DNA of 64,000 bases from assembly GCA_964016885.1 (NCBI GenBank), contig OZ024740.1, positions 358,236,001 through 358,300,000 on the forward strand, in the 5' to 3' direction. The position numbers were made by a program, and so were the translations under genes. Shown here in pieces: positions 37,214 to 54,694 of this stretch. Under the pieces are notes generated by a model that made no database searches, was not told the origin of the DNA, and saw nothing but the letters and a program-made list of their open reading frames with translations. Origin of the DNA: Eledone cirrhosa (Eukaryota). How positions within the stretch are numbered: the stretch's first letter is position 1; each line of letters starts with the position of its first letter.

Positions 37214-38690
37214 GAAAATCATAAGTGATTTATAATCCCTAGGTTAACAGCTGAAACAACGTGAATAAATAAGACAGATCTAGATAGAAAATGTGGGTCT
37301 TTTGTCTTTAATCCGAAGCATGGGAAGAGCTCATGTCTTTCGCAGTCCCTTCGTGACTTGTGACATTGATACGGTTTGAGTTCAATTCGAACATCCGAGA
37401 GTTGATGTTTGTGAGAAAACACGTAGACATCTCAACAGTGGGTTGGGATAAAAACAACAACTTTATACTGGTCTTGTGAGAGAGTTGGATCATTGTATTC
37501 AGCGAGACGGATTTGTTGGGAGATCTTCGGCGGAATTAGTATACAATTAATTAGTTTAGAGAAACAAAGAGAATTTTAGTAGCGATCAGGGTATTAACTG
37601 GGATGTAAACATTATCGCTAAGAGGGTGTGTGTGGTTCTGTTTACATCACTTAAAGTGCGATTATTCACTTTATGTTCCCTATGTTCTTCATTTAAATTA
37701 TAATTACAAAGTTACACTCACGTACACACATACACATACATACTTTCATACATACATACATATACACAAACACACATACATACACAAACACACAAACATA
37801 CACACACACATGCATACATACACACAGATACATACATACATACATACATACAAGAAAGACATGAAATAAAAGATGGCATTGATCTCTTTCTGAAGAACAA
37901 TCGAAAATCCTACTTAACACAAGAACGAAATGGGTACTTGAAATGGGTACTTGAAATGAAACACACAGATCATAGGTGGAAATAACCCCTCTAAGAATCT
38001 GGTAGGCAGTACCAACACCTTACGTTGAAGGGTACTTCCAAACAATCCACCAAGTACTTTTGGAATGCAGATTATGCCAATTGTGAATGCCTTATCGATG
38101 ATATCTTTCCATAAAGCATAAAACATCTACAGGCACTCACCTGCTACATATACCTCCTCCCCACACACATATATACACACCAGTCTTGCATCACTGATGT
38201 TGTTGGGTGTGAAATGACCTTTTTTGATACGGCACGTGACAGGAGTTGTCTTACCTTGTCCTAACTCTCTACTGCAAAAATTACAACAATTTGGAATAGA
38301 GTTCGAAAGAAAAATAGCAATAATAAAAGATTAACATGTTGAATCTGGTGGCTCAATCTTACGAATAGAGACATAACGAACCTAATATTGTTGCTTGGAA
38401 CGAAAATAAAGACATGCCCTGTGAGGGCAAGTTAATTGCTTACTTATCAATGTGACAAGAATAATAAAGGAGAAAGAAGACATTTATGGGCTATTGATGT
38501 TGGGTCTGCAAATCCAGTACCTATAATGTTAGCTTTGGTCAAAATAAGCTTTAAATATTCAGTCAGAAAGAGAAATCATCTAGCTTTCAATCAATCTATC
38601 AACCCATCCATCAATCCATCCATCCATACACACATACATGCATACATACATCCACGCACACATACATACATACATACATACATACATACA

Positions 38691-38721
<31 letters not shown>

Positions 38722-38723
<2 letters not shown>

Positions 38724-39013
38724 GGTGGCTGCCAACTCGTTTTCGAGAACGGCCACTACTTTATATCCATGTAGGAGAACCCCTACCGATGCGTTGAACA
38801 AGTGTGACTTTTTAGTCCAGCCAGCGACTTGAAAACTCTGGTACAAACACTACACTTGTGACAATTATTGTCTCATGGTCGGGTCGTTGGCGACTAAACT
38901 GGCAACCCCACCAAGGTTTCTTGGTGAGGAGGGTGACTTTGGACATCCTACAGGACTAAAAACAAAACCTGTCAAAGGGCAAAGGGGCTCTTAAGAGTCA
39001 ATGGCCATCCAAA
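38722..39013 (-). mobile_element. Copy of the ~610-bp retroelement with 5' inversion/deletion
   Basis: 38722-38870 is the 3' end on minus; 38869-39013 is the 5' region on plus; sits in a (TACA)n tract. Confidence 0.85.
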
Positions 39014-39334
39014 CATACATATATACATACATACATTCATACATACACACATATATACATACATATATACATACATATATACTTACATACATACATACAC
39101 ATATATACGGTTAGATAAATTACACAAGCGGGTTTTTAAAACCCTAAAAGAGTGAATATTATTGATTGTCTGTTGGATTGCAACCAACCAACCTACCAGC
39201 CAACCATTCAGCTTTCGTTCAATATTTCCCTAATGTAAAAATCTCTGATCTAAACGCACGTATCTGAATGGCAAACTACAGAACAGTCATTTGTCATTTG
39301 GCAAATTCATCCCATTACCAAATAATTAAATGTG

Positions 39335-39340
39335 TTTATT
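39335..39340 (-). promoter_or_regulatory. Candidate polyadenylation signal of the ankyrin gene
   Basis: AATAAA on minus, ~130 nt after the stop codon. Confidence 0.4.
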
Positions 39341-39472
39341 AAGGGCGTATGCACATAGTTATTTATGTATATATCACGTGATTGTATCTACAGACACATG
39401 CAAATATGTTTCAAAGTGTTCTGGAAGATTTCTTAATTTTTACGTCGCATATTACTAAAATGTTTGTTACGT

Positions 39473-40364
39473 TTATGTGACGATTACGTGGGGATTATTT
39501 GTTGTTTGAACGATCACTATTTCATCTTCTTTAATATCTTCTGATGCTTCTTGCAATACAAGCCAGCATTCTCGATGTCCGTTGACACTTGCGTAGTCTT
39601 CAGCCGTAAAATTTCGTAGTTTGTCACGATTTTTAACATCAGCATTTCGACTTAGAAGAAATCTGACAACTTCTACATGTCCATATTTAGCTGCGGTAAT
39701 CAGAGGTGTTGAGCCATCATATTGGTCACGTGCATTAGGATTTACATGTCCCTTGCCACATAACAATTCGACAAAATCTAATTGACCATTCTGACATGAC
39801 TGCATCAAAGCGTGATGTCCCCAAGAGCCAGCTTTTTTATCACGAAGGTAAACACTCAAGAGATATTCTGCTACATGGTCCTGCGAGTTGTCCCATGCCA
39901 ACATTAACGGAGTGATGTTATTTGCATCATGAACATCAACATTAGCTCCGTAATGAATTAACAGTTTCACACTTGTTAAGTAACCGCATGCCGCAGCAAA
40001 ATGCAAAGCTGTTCTTTTAGCTGGAATAGAAGCATTGCCTTTGGCTGTTCGATTGATATCGGACCCGAATTCTAAAAGCAATTCGAGAATCTCTGGATTT
40101 TTACAAGCTAAAATTATAGGTGTATTATCTGGTGTTGTTCCTATATCGGGGGAAGCACCACCTATTAAATGCTTCATTACGCATGCGTGGTGACACTTTT
40201 CAATGGCAGACAACAGTCCCTGGTCTTCACACGAGTCTGCACATGGTCGTATGGTTTGTCTAAGTCGAGGACCAGTAAGGACACGTTTAGATGATGGTCG
40301 ACGAAGAACTGAAGAAATTCGATTCGCTGTTCGACTTGTATTGATAGTCAGCCTCCTTTTCAAG
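39473..40364 (-). CDS. Ankyrin-repeat protein, terminal coding exon
   Basis: Ankyrin motifs TPIILAC, TALHFAAACGYLTSVKLLIHYGANVD, TPLMLA, GSTPLITAAKYGHVEVVRFLLSRNADV; no ATG start; acceptor ttttttttattttcag|c at 40365/40364. Confidence 0.92.
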
Positions 40365-40921
40365 CTGAAAATAAAAAAAAATGTAATAATATATTATGTC
40401 CACTATATGACCATGTTGGTAGGTTCAGATGGTTAACATTAATATTTTGGCAACAAACGTAGTTTTCCCCTTAAGCCGACTAATTGAATGCATAAAAATG
40501 ATAGAAACTATTACCAGGAATATTGTACAAGTAAATCTCCTAACAAGATCCTCGGTTATATCAGAGAGTCAGATATAAATCATAACACAGAGTAGCATAA
40601 TTTATCTCCGTAAGCAGCGGTAGCTACAGCAACAGCAACGTTGTAAAATTGAGGAGCATTTCGTTATATTTTAGTGGTGAATTATATGCTTATTATGAGA
40701 GAGGAATCTCATTTTCAGAAGATAGTTTGTGTACTAGACAAAGATTCACCTCCTTACACATAATAGCATAAGATATAACAGGTTTTTTTTTTTACAGTTT
40801 AATCATACGAGAAATGGCAGTGTATTCGCAGGAGTCCCATGACATGGGCGGAAACCACGACTTTTGGCAGTAGTGAATATAAGGCAATACATCAAGATAT
40901 AATTGTTTCTCTATTTTCTAT

Positions 40922-41312
40922 ATAATTGTTTCTACTTTAGGCACAAGGCCAGTAATCACCCAGTGCATTACTGGTACTTTATTTTATCGACCCCGTAAGG
41001 ATGAAAGGCAAAGTCAATCTCGGCGGGATTTGAACTCAGATCGTAAAGGGACGTAACTATGCTGGAAAGCATGGCGTCCGACCCTCTACCGATACTGCCA
41101 ATCCACCGCTGAAAATAATTGTTTCTATTTTAGGCACAAGGCCAGCAATTACCCAGTGCATTACTGGTACTTTATTTTATCGACCCCGTAAGGATGAAAA
41201 GCAAAGTCAACCTCGGCGGGATTTGAACTCAGATCGTAAAGGGACATAACTATGCTGGAAAGCATGGCGTCCGACCCTCTACCGATACTGCCAATCCACC
41301 GCTGAAAATAAT
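40922..41312 (-). mobile_element. Tandem pair of near-full-length tRNA-type SINE family 1
   Basis: Two ~193-bp near-identical units; A box tggcagtatcggtagag and B box gagttcaaatccc on minus. Confidence 0.92.
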
Positions 41313-41404
41313 GATATATAGTTACCCTCAGCCTGGTGACCAAGTCTGAATGTTAACAACAAAATGGATTCCACAAAATTTTGTAAGTATTCCTTAAGAT
41401 ATAT

Positions 41405-41760
41405 TTCTATTTATTGTCACGAGGGCGCAAAAGAAGGGGACAAATACAGGGGGGGGGGGGGGGGTTACACATAAAGGCGAGTAAAGAAAACAAATAACAA
41501 ATATAAAATTAACAATAAAGTCCTCAATAGGGAGGAGGCGTTTTGGGGGGGTTGCACACACCCCTGAAAAAAGTGTGCAACCCTTCTCAGGAGCACAGAG
41601 AGAGGGTGCTCCCTCGTTCCTTCATCTTTTCCATCTACAGGCTGATGTAGAGAGAAGGCCCATTCACAGGGGCCATTCTCGCCACTTTCACCCACCTTTC
41701 ATAAAAACGACTGGGGTGGAACACCTTTCTCTCCATCCAGATCCTTCTTCCGATTCCTTA
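41405..41760 (-). mobile_element. Tx1/L1-like 3' end remnant
   Basis: Resembles 33930-34290 inverted (gtcccc...ccct.gtg.caataaa). Confidence 0.55.
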
Positions 41761-42573
41761 AGATATCCTTGAAATCAGAGAGGTCCAATAGATACACACT
41801 CAGAGTTCATAATAAGCTTCCCGATGGGAAAACCTGCGTTTCGTATCGTAAGGTAAGGAACTACTAATGAGTTATATAATACTTTTACTCTAGCTTTTAT
41901 AAAAAAAACTGCTACTCTCTAGGATATCTATTTATTATTAATAATAAATTAGTACAATGCTAATGTAGAGATAGAGACTGCTATCCTACTTGCTGGCAGT
42001 CCAGCATTCTATCGATTTCTTCATTATCCATTCTCCGTCGAAAATGTTTTATATATACCCTGTATATCTAATTCTGTTAATATTGCACCTCTACTGTCTG
42101 CAAAAAAGAACATATTGGATAATGTGGCTTAGAGTTCACTATACAACAACAACAATAATAATAAAAGGCATGATGACCATGGCTGGAATGCCATTGATTA
42201 TAGGCCTACTATGTCGGGGAAGTGTGTGTGTGTGGGGGGTAGAACAACCAAACTAGTGTGTGTAACTGATCGACACGATGTTATTTGACCTAGACGAACG
42301 TTGAATATTTATATATTCCTTGTCAAGTACAAGTACAATATATATATATATATATATATAAGATACAATACCATTGTCTGAGACGTTGTGTATTCATTTT
42401 CTCACGACCCGATACAAACAATACTCAACCAGAATTATATATTTTTCTCTGGCCTATTTTGGTGACACAGAGTTTTACTAGTTTCTTCGAAATTGGGAAC
42501 TAATATATTTTTGTTTAGTTAACTAATAATACAAATGCATGACTACGGAATATTTTAAAACATTATAATTATT

Positions 42574-42693
<120 letters not shown>

Positions 42694-43174
42694 TATATAT
42701 ATAATAGTAATGAATATAGTCGAAGATGCAGCTGCAAGTAGCAGATTCGCATCAGATTGGTTTTCGAAGTCTGTCACAAAGCACTCAAAGATAAAGTAAT
42801 TTATAAATTGCTCCTCAGAGAGAACACAAGAAGTTAGGTAATAGTAACACAATAAATAATGCGGCCAGAGGCATGTTGTCACAGTAATACTACAACAACG
42901 AAAAATACAGACATGTAAGAGACGAATCTGGACCTGATCTATAGATATTAATCGATAAATATCTTCCTTGGGTTTCTGGGAATCCGAAAGTTACAAGTCA
43001 GTAATATATCCTAAGATGGAATAGGGATATATATATATATATATACAGATAAATCTACCACCCAATGGTAGGGTCTAAACCGTATAAAGAACTGAATGTA
43101 ATCCGTATGTAGAAGATTTTGTGAAGCAAAGTTTAAAATACAAAAATTTTATCAACGATATAAGTCAAAATAGT

Positions 43175-47034
<3,860 letters not shown>

Positions 47035-47104
47035 TCTGAATGCATGCCTGTTGCGCCAGAGTTACTAAACACGTACAAAAACAACACAAACAATACCACA
47101 AAAT

Positions 47105-47495
47105 TATTAGGCTGTATCTGTAGAGCGTCGGAATCATGCTTCGCAGCATAGAGTTACGCTCCTTTACGGTATGAGTTCAAATCCCGCTGAGGTTAGCTTT
47201 ACCTTTCATCCTTACGGGGTCGATAAAATAAAGCACCAGTAATTCACTGGGGTCGGTTTAATTGACTTTCCCCTCCCCCAAATTTTGCCTAAAATAGAAA
47301 CAATTATCATTATTGGCAGTATCAGTAGAGGGTCGGACGCCATGCTTTCCAGCATAGTTACGTCCCTTTACGATCTGAGTTCAAACCCCGCCGAGGTTGA
47401 CTTTGCCTTTCAACCTTACGGGGTCGATAAAATAAAGTACCAGTAATGCACTGGGTAATTGCTGGCCTTGTGCCTAAAGTAGAAACAATTATTGT
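47105..47495 (+). mobile_element. Two SINE family 1 copies in tandem
   Basis: B box and core present twice (47105-47305, 47313-47495). Confidence 0.88.
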
Positions 47496-48134
47496 TAGGG
47501 ATCCCCGACTTTGTAAGCTGTGCCCAAATTTCCACCATCCCTAGCGCTGCCAGAATCATACACGACATATTGAGCCTCTAAGATCAGAGACTGATCTGAG
47601 GCCAATTAATACCCTTCACCTAGCAACTGATTGGTAGAGAAACCTTACAAAAGAAAAATAAATCATTATTGAGTTCGATTACCATTACATTCTACTCTGC
47701 CTTTCATCCTTCTAAAGTAAAGTGCCAGTCAAGTATAATTGGCTCACCCCCCCCCCCCCACACACACATTGTTGGCATTGTGTCTAAATCAGAAACCATT
47801 ATTATTCACCATTTCTGATTGAAGAATTCTATATTATTTATACACCACCAATCTGTTTCAGTTTAAAGTTCAAATAATCGTATACATGTAAAGTATGCCC
47901 CCAAATCTATTAATGCTCCAAATTATGTACGCTGCCCATTCACACTATTCCTTACCATTTACCCCGACTACATTAATTTCAAATGACGCTTTCAGTTTCG
48001 CTCGATATTTAGAATATATATCTTTCTCATATCTTCTTTGAAAAGCACTCTTTAAAGACCTCCATGAAGAAGGATGCTATATAAGCTAACAGTTAAACAC
48101 TTAGTAGAATTTAATTTTTACTAGAAATTGAGAG

Positions 48135-48810
48135 ATAATCCCAATTTTGAAAAAGTGAGACATGAGAGATTATTCCAATTACTGAGGGATCTCCTTGTTA
48201 AGCCTCCCCGGTAAAGTCTATGCTAAGTGTCTAGCAAAGAGATGTAGGGAGATTGTCGAGTCCAAGTTAGCTGATAAATAGTGTGGTTTTCGCCCCGGAC
48301 GCAACACAGCCGACCAAATATTCACACTGCGGCAAGTCTTCGAGAAATTGTGGGAATATAGCCAAGAGGTATATTCTTGTTTTGTAGACCTCGAAAAGGC
48401 ATATGACCGCGTTCCTTGTGACTTGCTGTGGAATATTCTGCAGGAGTATGGGATCGATGGTGAACTTCTTGCTGCCCTGATGTTTCTATACGTATGCCCG
48501 AGTATTAGTGTTCGGATAAATGGTGTTAAATCGAAACCATTTAATGTGGGATTCGGCCTTCACTAAAGGTGTGTACTGTCACCTCTCCTGTTTATTATTT
48601 TCATAAACAAGATTGACATGAGCAGCCGGGTTGGAAGTGGTATCACGACTGGCGGGTGTAAAATCAGTAGGGTGAAATTTGCAGACGATATGATGTTACT
48701 TAACTCAACAGAAGGTGATCTCCGACTTGCCTTTGATAGGCTTGATGCCGAGTGCTGCATGGCTAGAATGAAAATTAGTGTTGCGTAAACTGAGACACTC
48801 GTCCTCACAA
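48135..48810 (+). mobile_element. RTE-clade RT fragment with stop codons
   Basis: GISLLSLPGKVYAKC, CGFRPGRNTADQIFTLRQ, FVDLEKAYDRV, CVLSPLLF, FADD. Confidence 0.92.
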
Positions 48811-49727
48811 ATTTCACTGACAAGGCATTGGTCAACTCAAAGCTATAGTAACAGACACTTGCCCAAGGTGTCACGCAGTGGAAGTGAACCAAAATTCACA
48901 TGTTTGCGAAACTAACTTCTTAACCTGCATTATTTAATCACACATCTATATATGGTAATTCGACTTGATGAAATCGGAACCAAATCTGTCCCACAAATCA
49001 TGCTGGATAATGTAGTCATTGATATGCTGTCTGAAAAAGAAAAGTGTAAAAGCTACACTACCAGTGATTGATGATGATACTTTCTTTGTTTATTACAGTG
49101 TCACAGTATACATGGTTTATTACGCAAATATGTTACATACCTCCCTGGTGTTTTGTAAATATATGTAATTTTTATTCAAATACTTTCTGTTTGACTCAGC
49201 TTTATAAGTGGTTATGTAATTTTATTTGCCTGACATCAATATATATATTTGATACTCCTCGTGTATTTACATATCTTTCACATTTAATTTATTTACTTAC
49301 CTTAACATTTGCAACTTCCAGTTCAAAGCGTTTAACTTATCTCTATATATAAAACTGTTATTGTCTGTGTGTGTGTGTCCTCATTGTTGCAAAGTCTATA
49401 CAAATCCACATTTCTACTCCGATTGACTTTAAACTTGCATTTATATATGCCCTGCGGTCTAAAGATATTAACTGCAGCTTTTATTTTTCAATTTTCTGTT
49501 GTTAAAGGGGTGTTAGGCGCCGGTTATCCATCTCCATCACGCTCTTATAATATCTGTCTGTATGCCTGCCTGTCTGCATTACGACATTCTGATGAACACG
49601 TCATTGCTGACGTATTATCTTCGCTACATTCACACACACACACACACATACATATATACTTATATATACATATATATATACACACACATATACATATATA
49701 TAAATATACACATAAAAATATATGTAT

Positions 49728-49829
<102 letters not shown>

Positions 49830-49830
49830 A

Positions 49831-49903
<73 letters not shown>

Positions 49904-49909
<6 letters not shown>

Positions 49910-50073
49910 ATGAATGGCGCACAAAGGGTTAATGTTTATTGGCAAGAAGTTTTTTGAATAATAAAAGACGGGTTAAAGCGACCTACAATGTATTTGTGTA
50001 TATATATATAAATATATATTCAAAAAACTTCTTGCCAATAAACATTAACCCTTTGTGCGCCATTCATCTAACT
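49904..50073. repeat. 57-bp perfect inverted repeat abutting (TA)n
   Basis: agttagatgaatggcgcacaaagggttaatgtttattggcaagaagttttttgaata and its reverse complement at 50017-50073. Confidence 0.92.
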
Positions 50074-50715
50074 GTAGGCGAACAAATACCAAGTAAACGG
50101 AGCGTTGACAAAAACGATGGTGAATGAATCTTCGATGTAAGCAATTTCCTCCCGAGCTGTTAGTTCACGCGCGATTCTCTGCTACACCTTTTCGTAATAA
50201 TTGTTTCTACTTTAGGCACAAGGCCAGCAATTACCCAGTGCATTACTGGTACTTTATTTTATACTGAACAACGTACTGCTGGTCACTCCTTCCTCCAAAA
50301 GCCGTACAAAGCGGACATGTGCATCGGGTAGATGGATCGAGTGCAACTCTACACCAGGCCTACGCGAGAAATTCGCAGGGGACTGCACCGAGAGGGATAG
50401 AGAGAAAGAGTAACTTAGTGGAAAGAGGGCGAATGAACTCTTGAGGTAAGTAGCCTACGCCTTACTGCTATTACACTGGAACCTTCTGCCAACTTAACCT
50501 GTGACTTTCTCTTTCACATTTACTCCAAAAGGCAAAAACAGAGGTGTATGAAAAGAATATTTCTTTGAACAATGCACGTAGACAGCTAAACTGTACTTTC
50601 AACTTCTTAGTTTTCTCCAAATAAAACAAGTTTCCTGTCGGTATATTTTCGTGAGTTTTTAACAGGCACTCACAAATAAACGTTTTTCATTGGAAGTGCT
50701 ATTACCAATGTTCTT

Positions 50716-50744
50716 ACCCGTGCAACGCCGGGATACACTACTAG
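50716..50744 (+). mobile_element. Helitron 3' terminus
   Basis: GC-rich hairpin cccg-tgcaacgc-cggg, 8-nt spacer, CTAG followed by T. Confidence 0.65.
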
Positions 50745-50899
50745 TCTACTATAAACCTGAAGTTCTGGTGGTTATTTAGCGTCATTTAGCTCTGACTGAG
50801 TATATCAGTGCTAAACTTTCTTGCTTTGGCGTACAGTTGTGTCACCCAATGCTATGATATTGCCTCTGACAAGAACAGAAACATCACTGATTTTCAATA

Positions 50900-52050
50900 A
50901 AAGCCGCGTTTCGTTGTTATTTGTATTATCTCTACTTCTCTAGTCATGAACTCAACCTAGTAGTATGAGACTGTATAAAAATTAAGTTTGCAGCAACTCT
51001 TCCATTTCATGGCTTAGTCCACTCTGTATTCGTACTTCAGGCAATTACAGAAAAAATGGGCGGATTGCCAGTGGAACTGAAAAGTTTCTACAATACACAT
51101 TGGATTTGTCAGTATTCATCTTGACACGCAGTGTATTGCACGCTTCCATTTATTTTGGGTATACTCAATTGTATTTTAAAGGGAAACATCAATAATTAAA
51201 GATAGAACACTTCTATCACTTCAATCTGCAAACTTTTGTGTTCTCTTTGTTCTTTTTAAACAAGTAATGCTACGAATAAAGCCTCTGGCAAAGATGCTGC
51301 AATCTACTTAACTGGATATAAATGCAGCAACCGAATTGATAACTAGTGCATTGATGATCTTGAATACAAGCGAAACAAGATAGTCGACGACCGTATGTAG
51401 CATATGGTTAACTCGCAAGTCATGGAATCTATAATATACAACTATTTGGATTAGGAGATGTCAACATATGGAGACATTTAGAGTTATCGGTAACCGGCGA
51501 GATTGTTAAAAACCAGCTGGCATGTAGTGGAGATCCCACCGATTTCCATCTTAAGAAACTAATCCCTGATTTGAAATGGATTTGTTTAGAGTTCCCACAT
51601 TGCTTTGCAGTTAAAAATTGTAATATTATGAAGTGCCTTTCTCGTCTTAAGGCCAAAAGTGACCAGTTTCTAAACATTAATGAATTGAAATTCTTAACAG
51701 AGACATAACTGAACCTGGGAAACCTGAAGACAGATTATCGTAGTGCAAAGAGTCTCAACGAACGGACAGTTTTTGTACCCCTACAGTGATGCCGCTTTTA
51801 AACAGTTCAAACTACTGTAAATTGCTGTAATAATGTCTGAAAGCAGTGTGGGTTGTGAACACAGATTGTCGAATCCACAGATAATCAAGAATATCAGCAG
51901 AATATCTCGATAGACAACATTCTGGTAAATATAAGTAATATTACAATGGATAGACGACGTGATGAAAAGCAGAATTTTGAAGAAACCGTCCTTCGTTTCA
52001 CAGTAAAACACTCAAACAAGAGAAGTGTCGTTACAAAGTTTGTATCTGTT
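50900..52050 (+). pseudogene. Highly decayed hAT transposase remnant
   Basis: 51790-51910 translates AFKQFKLL*IAVIMSESSVGCEHRLSNPQIIKN, resembling the hAT dimerisation domain. Extent uncertain. Confidence 0.5.
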
Positions 52051-52218
52051 AATCGTAATAGATATAACCACCTTTCATGTCTCACTTTTTTTTTTATAAC
52101 GCAACATTTTCTTTGAAAAGTGACTTTGAATTAGATTTATCATATGAAAACTCATTCATATTTTGTCTGCTATATATATATATATCCGTGCTCGCGTTGA
52201 AAAATGGACGTTAAATAA

Positions 52219-52600
<382 letters not shown>

Positions 52601-52628
52601 TTATATAAATATATATATATATATATAT

Positions 52629-52932
52629 AAAATAAAGTTAAATAAAAAGTCAAATGTTTAAAATTTAGCTTCGTTTATTACTGCTATATATATTTCAGTG
52701 ACATTTTTGGAATCATATGATTGCAGTTCCTCAGAGAAATAACAACCTAACCAGGAACTGGACATATAAGAGTATTGACAAAATTATACACCTCAACAAC
52801 ATATGTACTTGTCTATACCACACTAATTCGGACTGCCTGAAGAGGTCACAGCCAAAGATGGCTGTCACTGAAATATATATAGCAGTAATAAACGAAGCTA
52901 AATTTAAAACATTTAACTTTTTATTTAACTTT

Positions 52933-52936
<4 letters not shown>
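52629..52936 (+). mobile_element. (TA)n-flanked element with 75-bp inverted ends and a hammerhead
   Basis: 52629-52703 is the reverse complement of 52863-52936. Confidence 0.88.
52832..52886 (+). ncRNA. Type I hammerhead ribozyme
   Basis: actgc CUGAAGA ggtcacagcca aaga tggctgtcact GAAA tatata UA gcagt; stem III AUAUAUAU is palindromic. Confidence 0.88.
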
Positions 52937-53013
<77 letters not shown>

Positions 53014-53149
53014 CTGTGTGTGTGTGTGTGGGTGTGTGTTTGTGTTCAGTAAAAGTTATTTTGGTAAAAAATAGGAGTAAATAGGAGAAAGCTGTGCATT
53101 CCTCAAAGTTACGTTTGACGTCGTATTTATACTTGCATCAAATAGTAAT

Positions 53150-53690
53150 GTAAACCTAGAAACTTTAGCACCTCTTTAGTTAATTCCACCACTCCTGATC
53201 CTAATATAATTACTCCTGGACCACTTGCCAATAACTCTGTAAATAATCTTAATCGTAAATGCAACTGCCCTATTAGAACTAATTGTCCTCTTAGTAATTT
53301 CTGTCTCGATAAAAACCTAGTATACGAATGTAAAGTGGTAACTAGTACCAATTCCTATACCTACATTGGCTCTACTTCTACCTCCTTTAAAGCAAGATTC
53401 TATAATCATTCTTCTACATTTAAATCTCCACTTAAAAGGACCAGCACCGCACTATCAGAACTTATTTAGTCCTTAAAAGACAAAAACATAAATTACGAAA
53501 TTTCTTGGCGTAAAATCTACAACGCATCTCCATACTCCAATGCTTCCATATTTAGTGTTTGTAATTTATGTCTAGTTGAAAAATTTACCATCATCTCGAA
53601 TTTCAACACAATAATAAATCGAAGAACCGATTTATTTGGACTTTGTAATCATAAATCCTACAAGACCTTTCACAAAGTATATAGCTGATG
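53150..53690 (+). pseudogene. PLE GIY-YIG C-terminal fragment, same type as 43175-46997
   Basis: CNCPIRTNCPLSNFCLDKNLVYECKV...YIGSTSTSFKARFYNH...CNLCLVEK...INRRTDLFGLCNHK with one internal stop; not in the ORF track. Confidence 0.88.
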
Positions 53691-53941
53691 TCCTATAACA
53701 TATTCCACGAGTCACTGTTATCTTTACACATCTTTCAGTATATTCTACAATGTATTATTTTGGTTTTCTCATTATATATTAAGCCTTTGATCTTCTTTTC
53801 TTTGCTCCTTCTACCTGGAGTTGCAACCGATAGATAGTACTAGCAACTGGAAAGACCAACGGAAACATTGTTTCCTCGGTCCGATTTGATGAATGTCGAT
53901 CGATCCTTAAAAATATATATGTGTGTGTGTGTGTATATATT

Positions 53942-54034
<93 letters not shown>

Positions 54035-54087
54035 GTGTGTGTGTGAGTGTGTGTGTTTCTGAATGTGTCTGTTGACATGTGGAATAT

Positions 54088-54415
54088 AGCTTAAGAGAAA
54101 CTTGAAGATAATAGTATGATAGGCACTCAATATTTTGAACTGGTCTATAGAATTCTCTAGGCCTTTGTCACTCTAAGTAGAATCTTAAAGAATTAGCTTT
54201 TAAAGAATTTCCCTTTTCTTTAAATCCATCAACCATGACTGACCCCCAACGATCTTATAGACACCTGAAATATAGGCATTGTTAGCTTAAGAGAAACTTA
54301 AAAATAAGGAGTGGCACCCCATTCTGAACTTCTTTATAGAATTCTTTCTGCCTTTGTTACTCTAAATATAAATATTAGCTTTTAATGAATTCCCTTTTCT
54401 ATCAACCAATGACCT
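54088..54415 (+). repeat. Diverged ~197-bp-period duplication upstream of a degenerate hammerhead (54490-54530)
   Basis: agcttaagagaaactt...attagctttta...cccttttct...atcaacca occurs at 54088 and 54285. Confidence 0.7.
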
Positions 54416-54574
54416 CTACCCATCCCACCCCCTACCCTCTCCTACCATCTGAAGAGTCATATAAATACCTTATTTATTTTTTGATACCCAGATTTCTGAT
54501 GATTTCTAAAGAATGAAACAGTTCTAGTCCTGTAGAATCTCATCTATATTAAAACTATATATATATATATATGC

Positions 54575-54606
<32 letters not shown>

Positions 54607-54622
54607 ATATATGTATATATGT

Positions 54623-54694
<72 letters not shown>

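Noticed and set aside
40922-41312. tRNA genes
   Set aside because: A/B boxes are present but fused to a repeated SINE core and tail; no clean cloverleaf.
49588-49625. CUGAUGA followed by hairpin acgtca/tgacgt
   Set aside because: No downstream GAAA or stem I; at most a truncated HHR.
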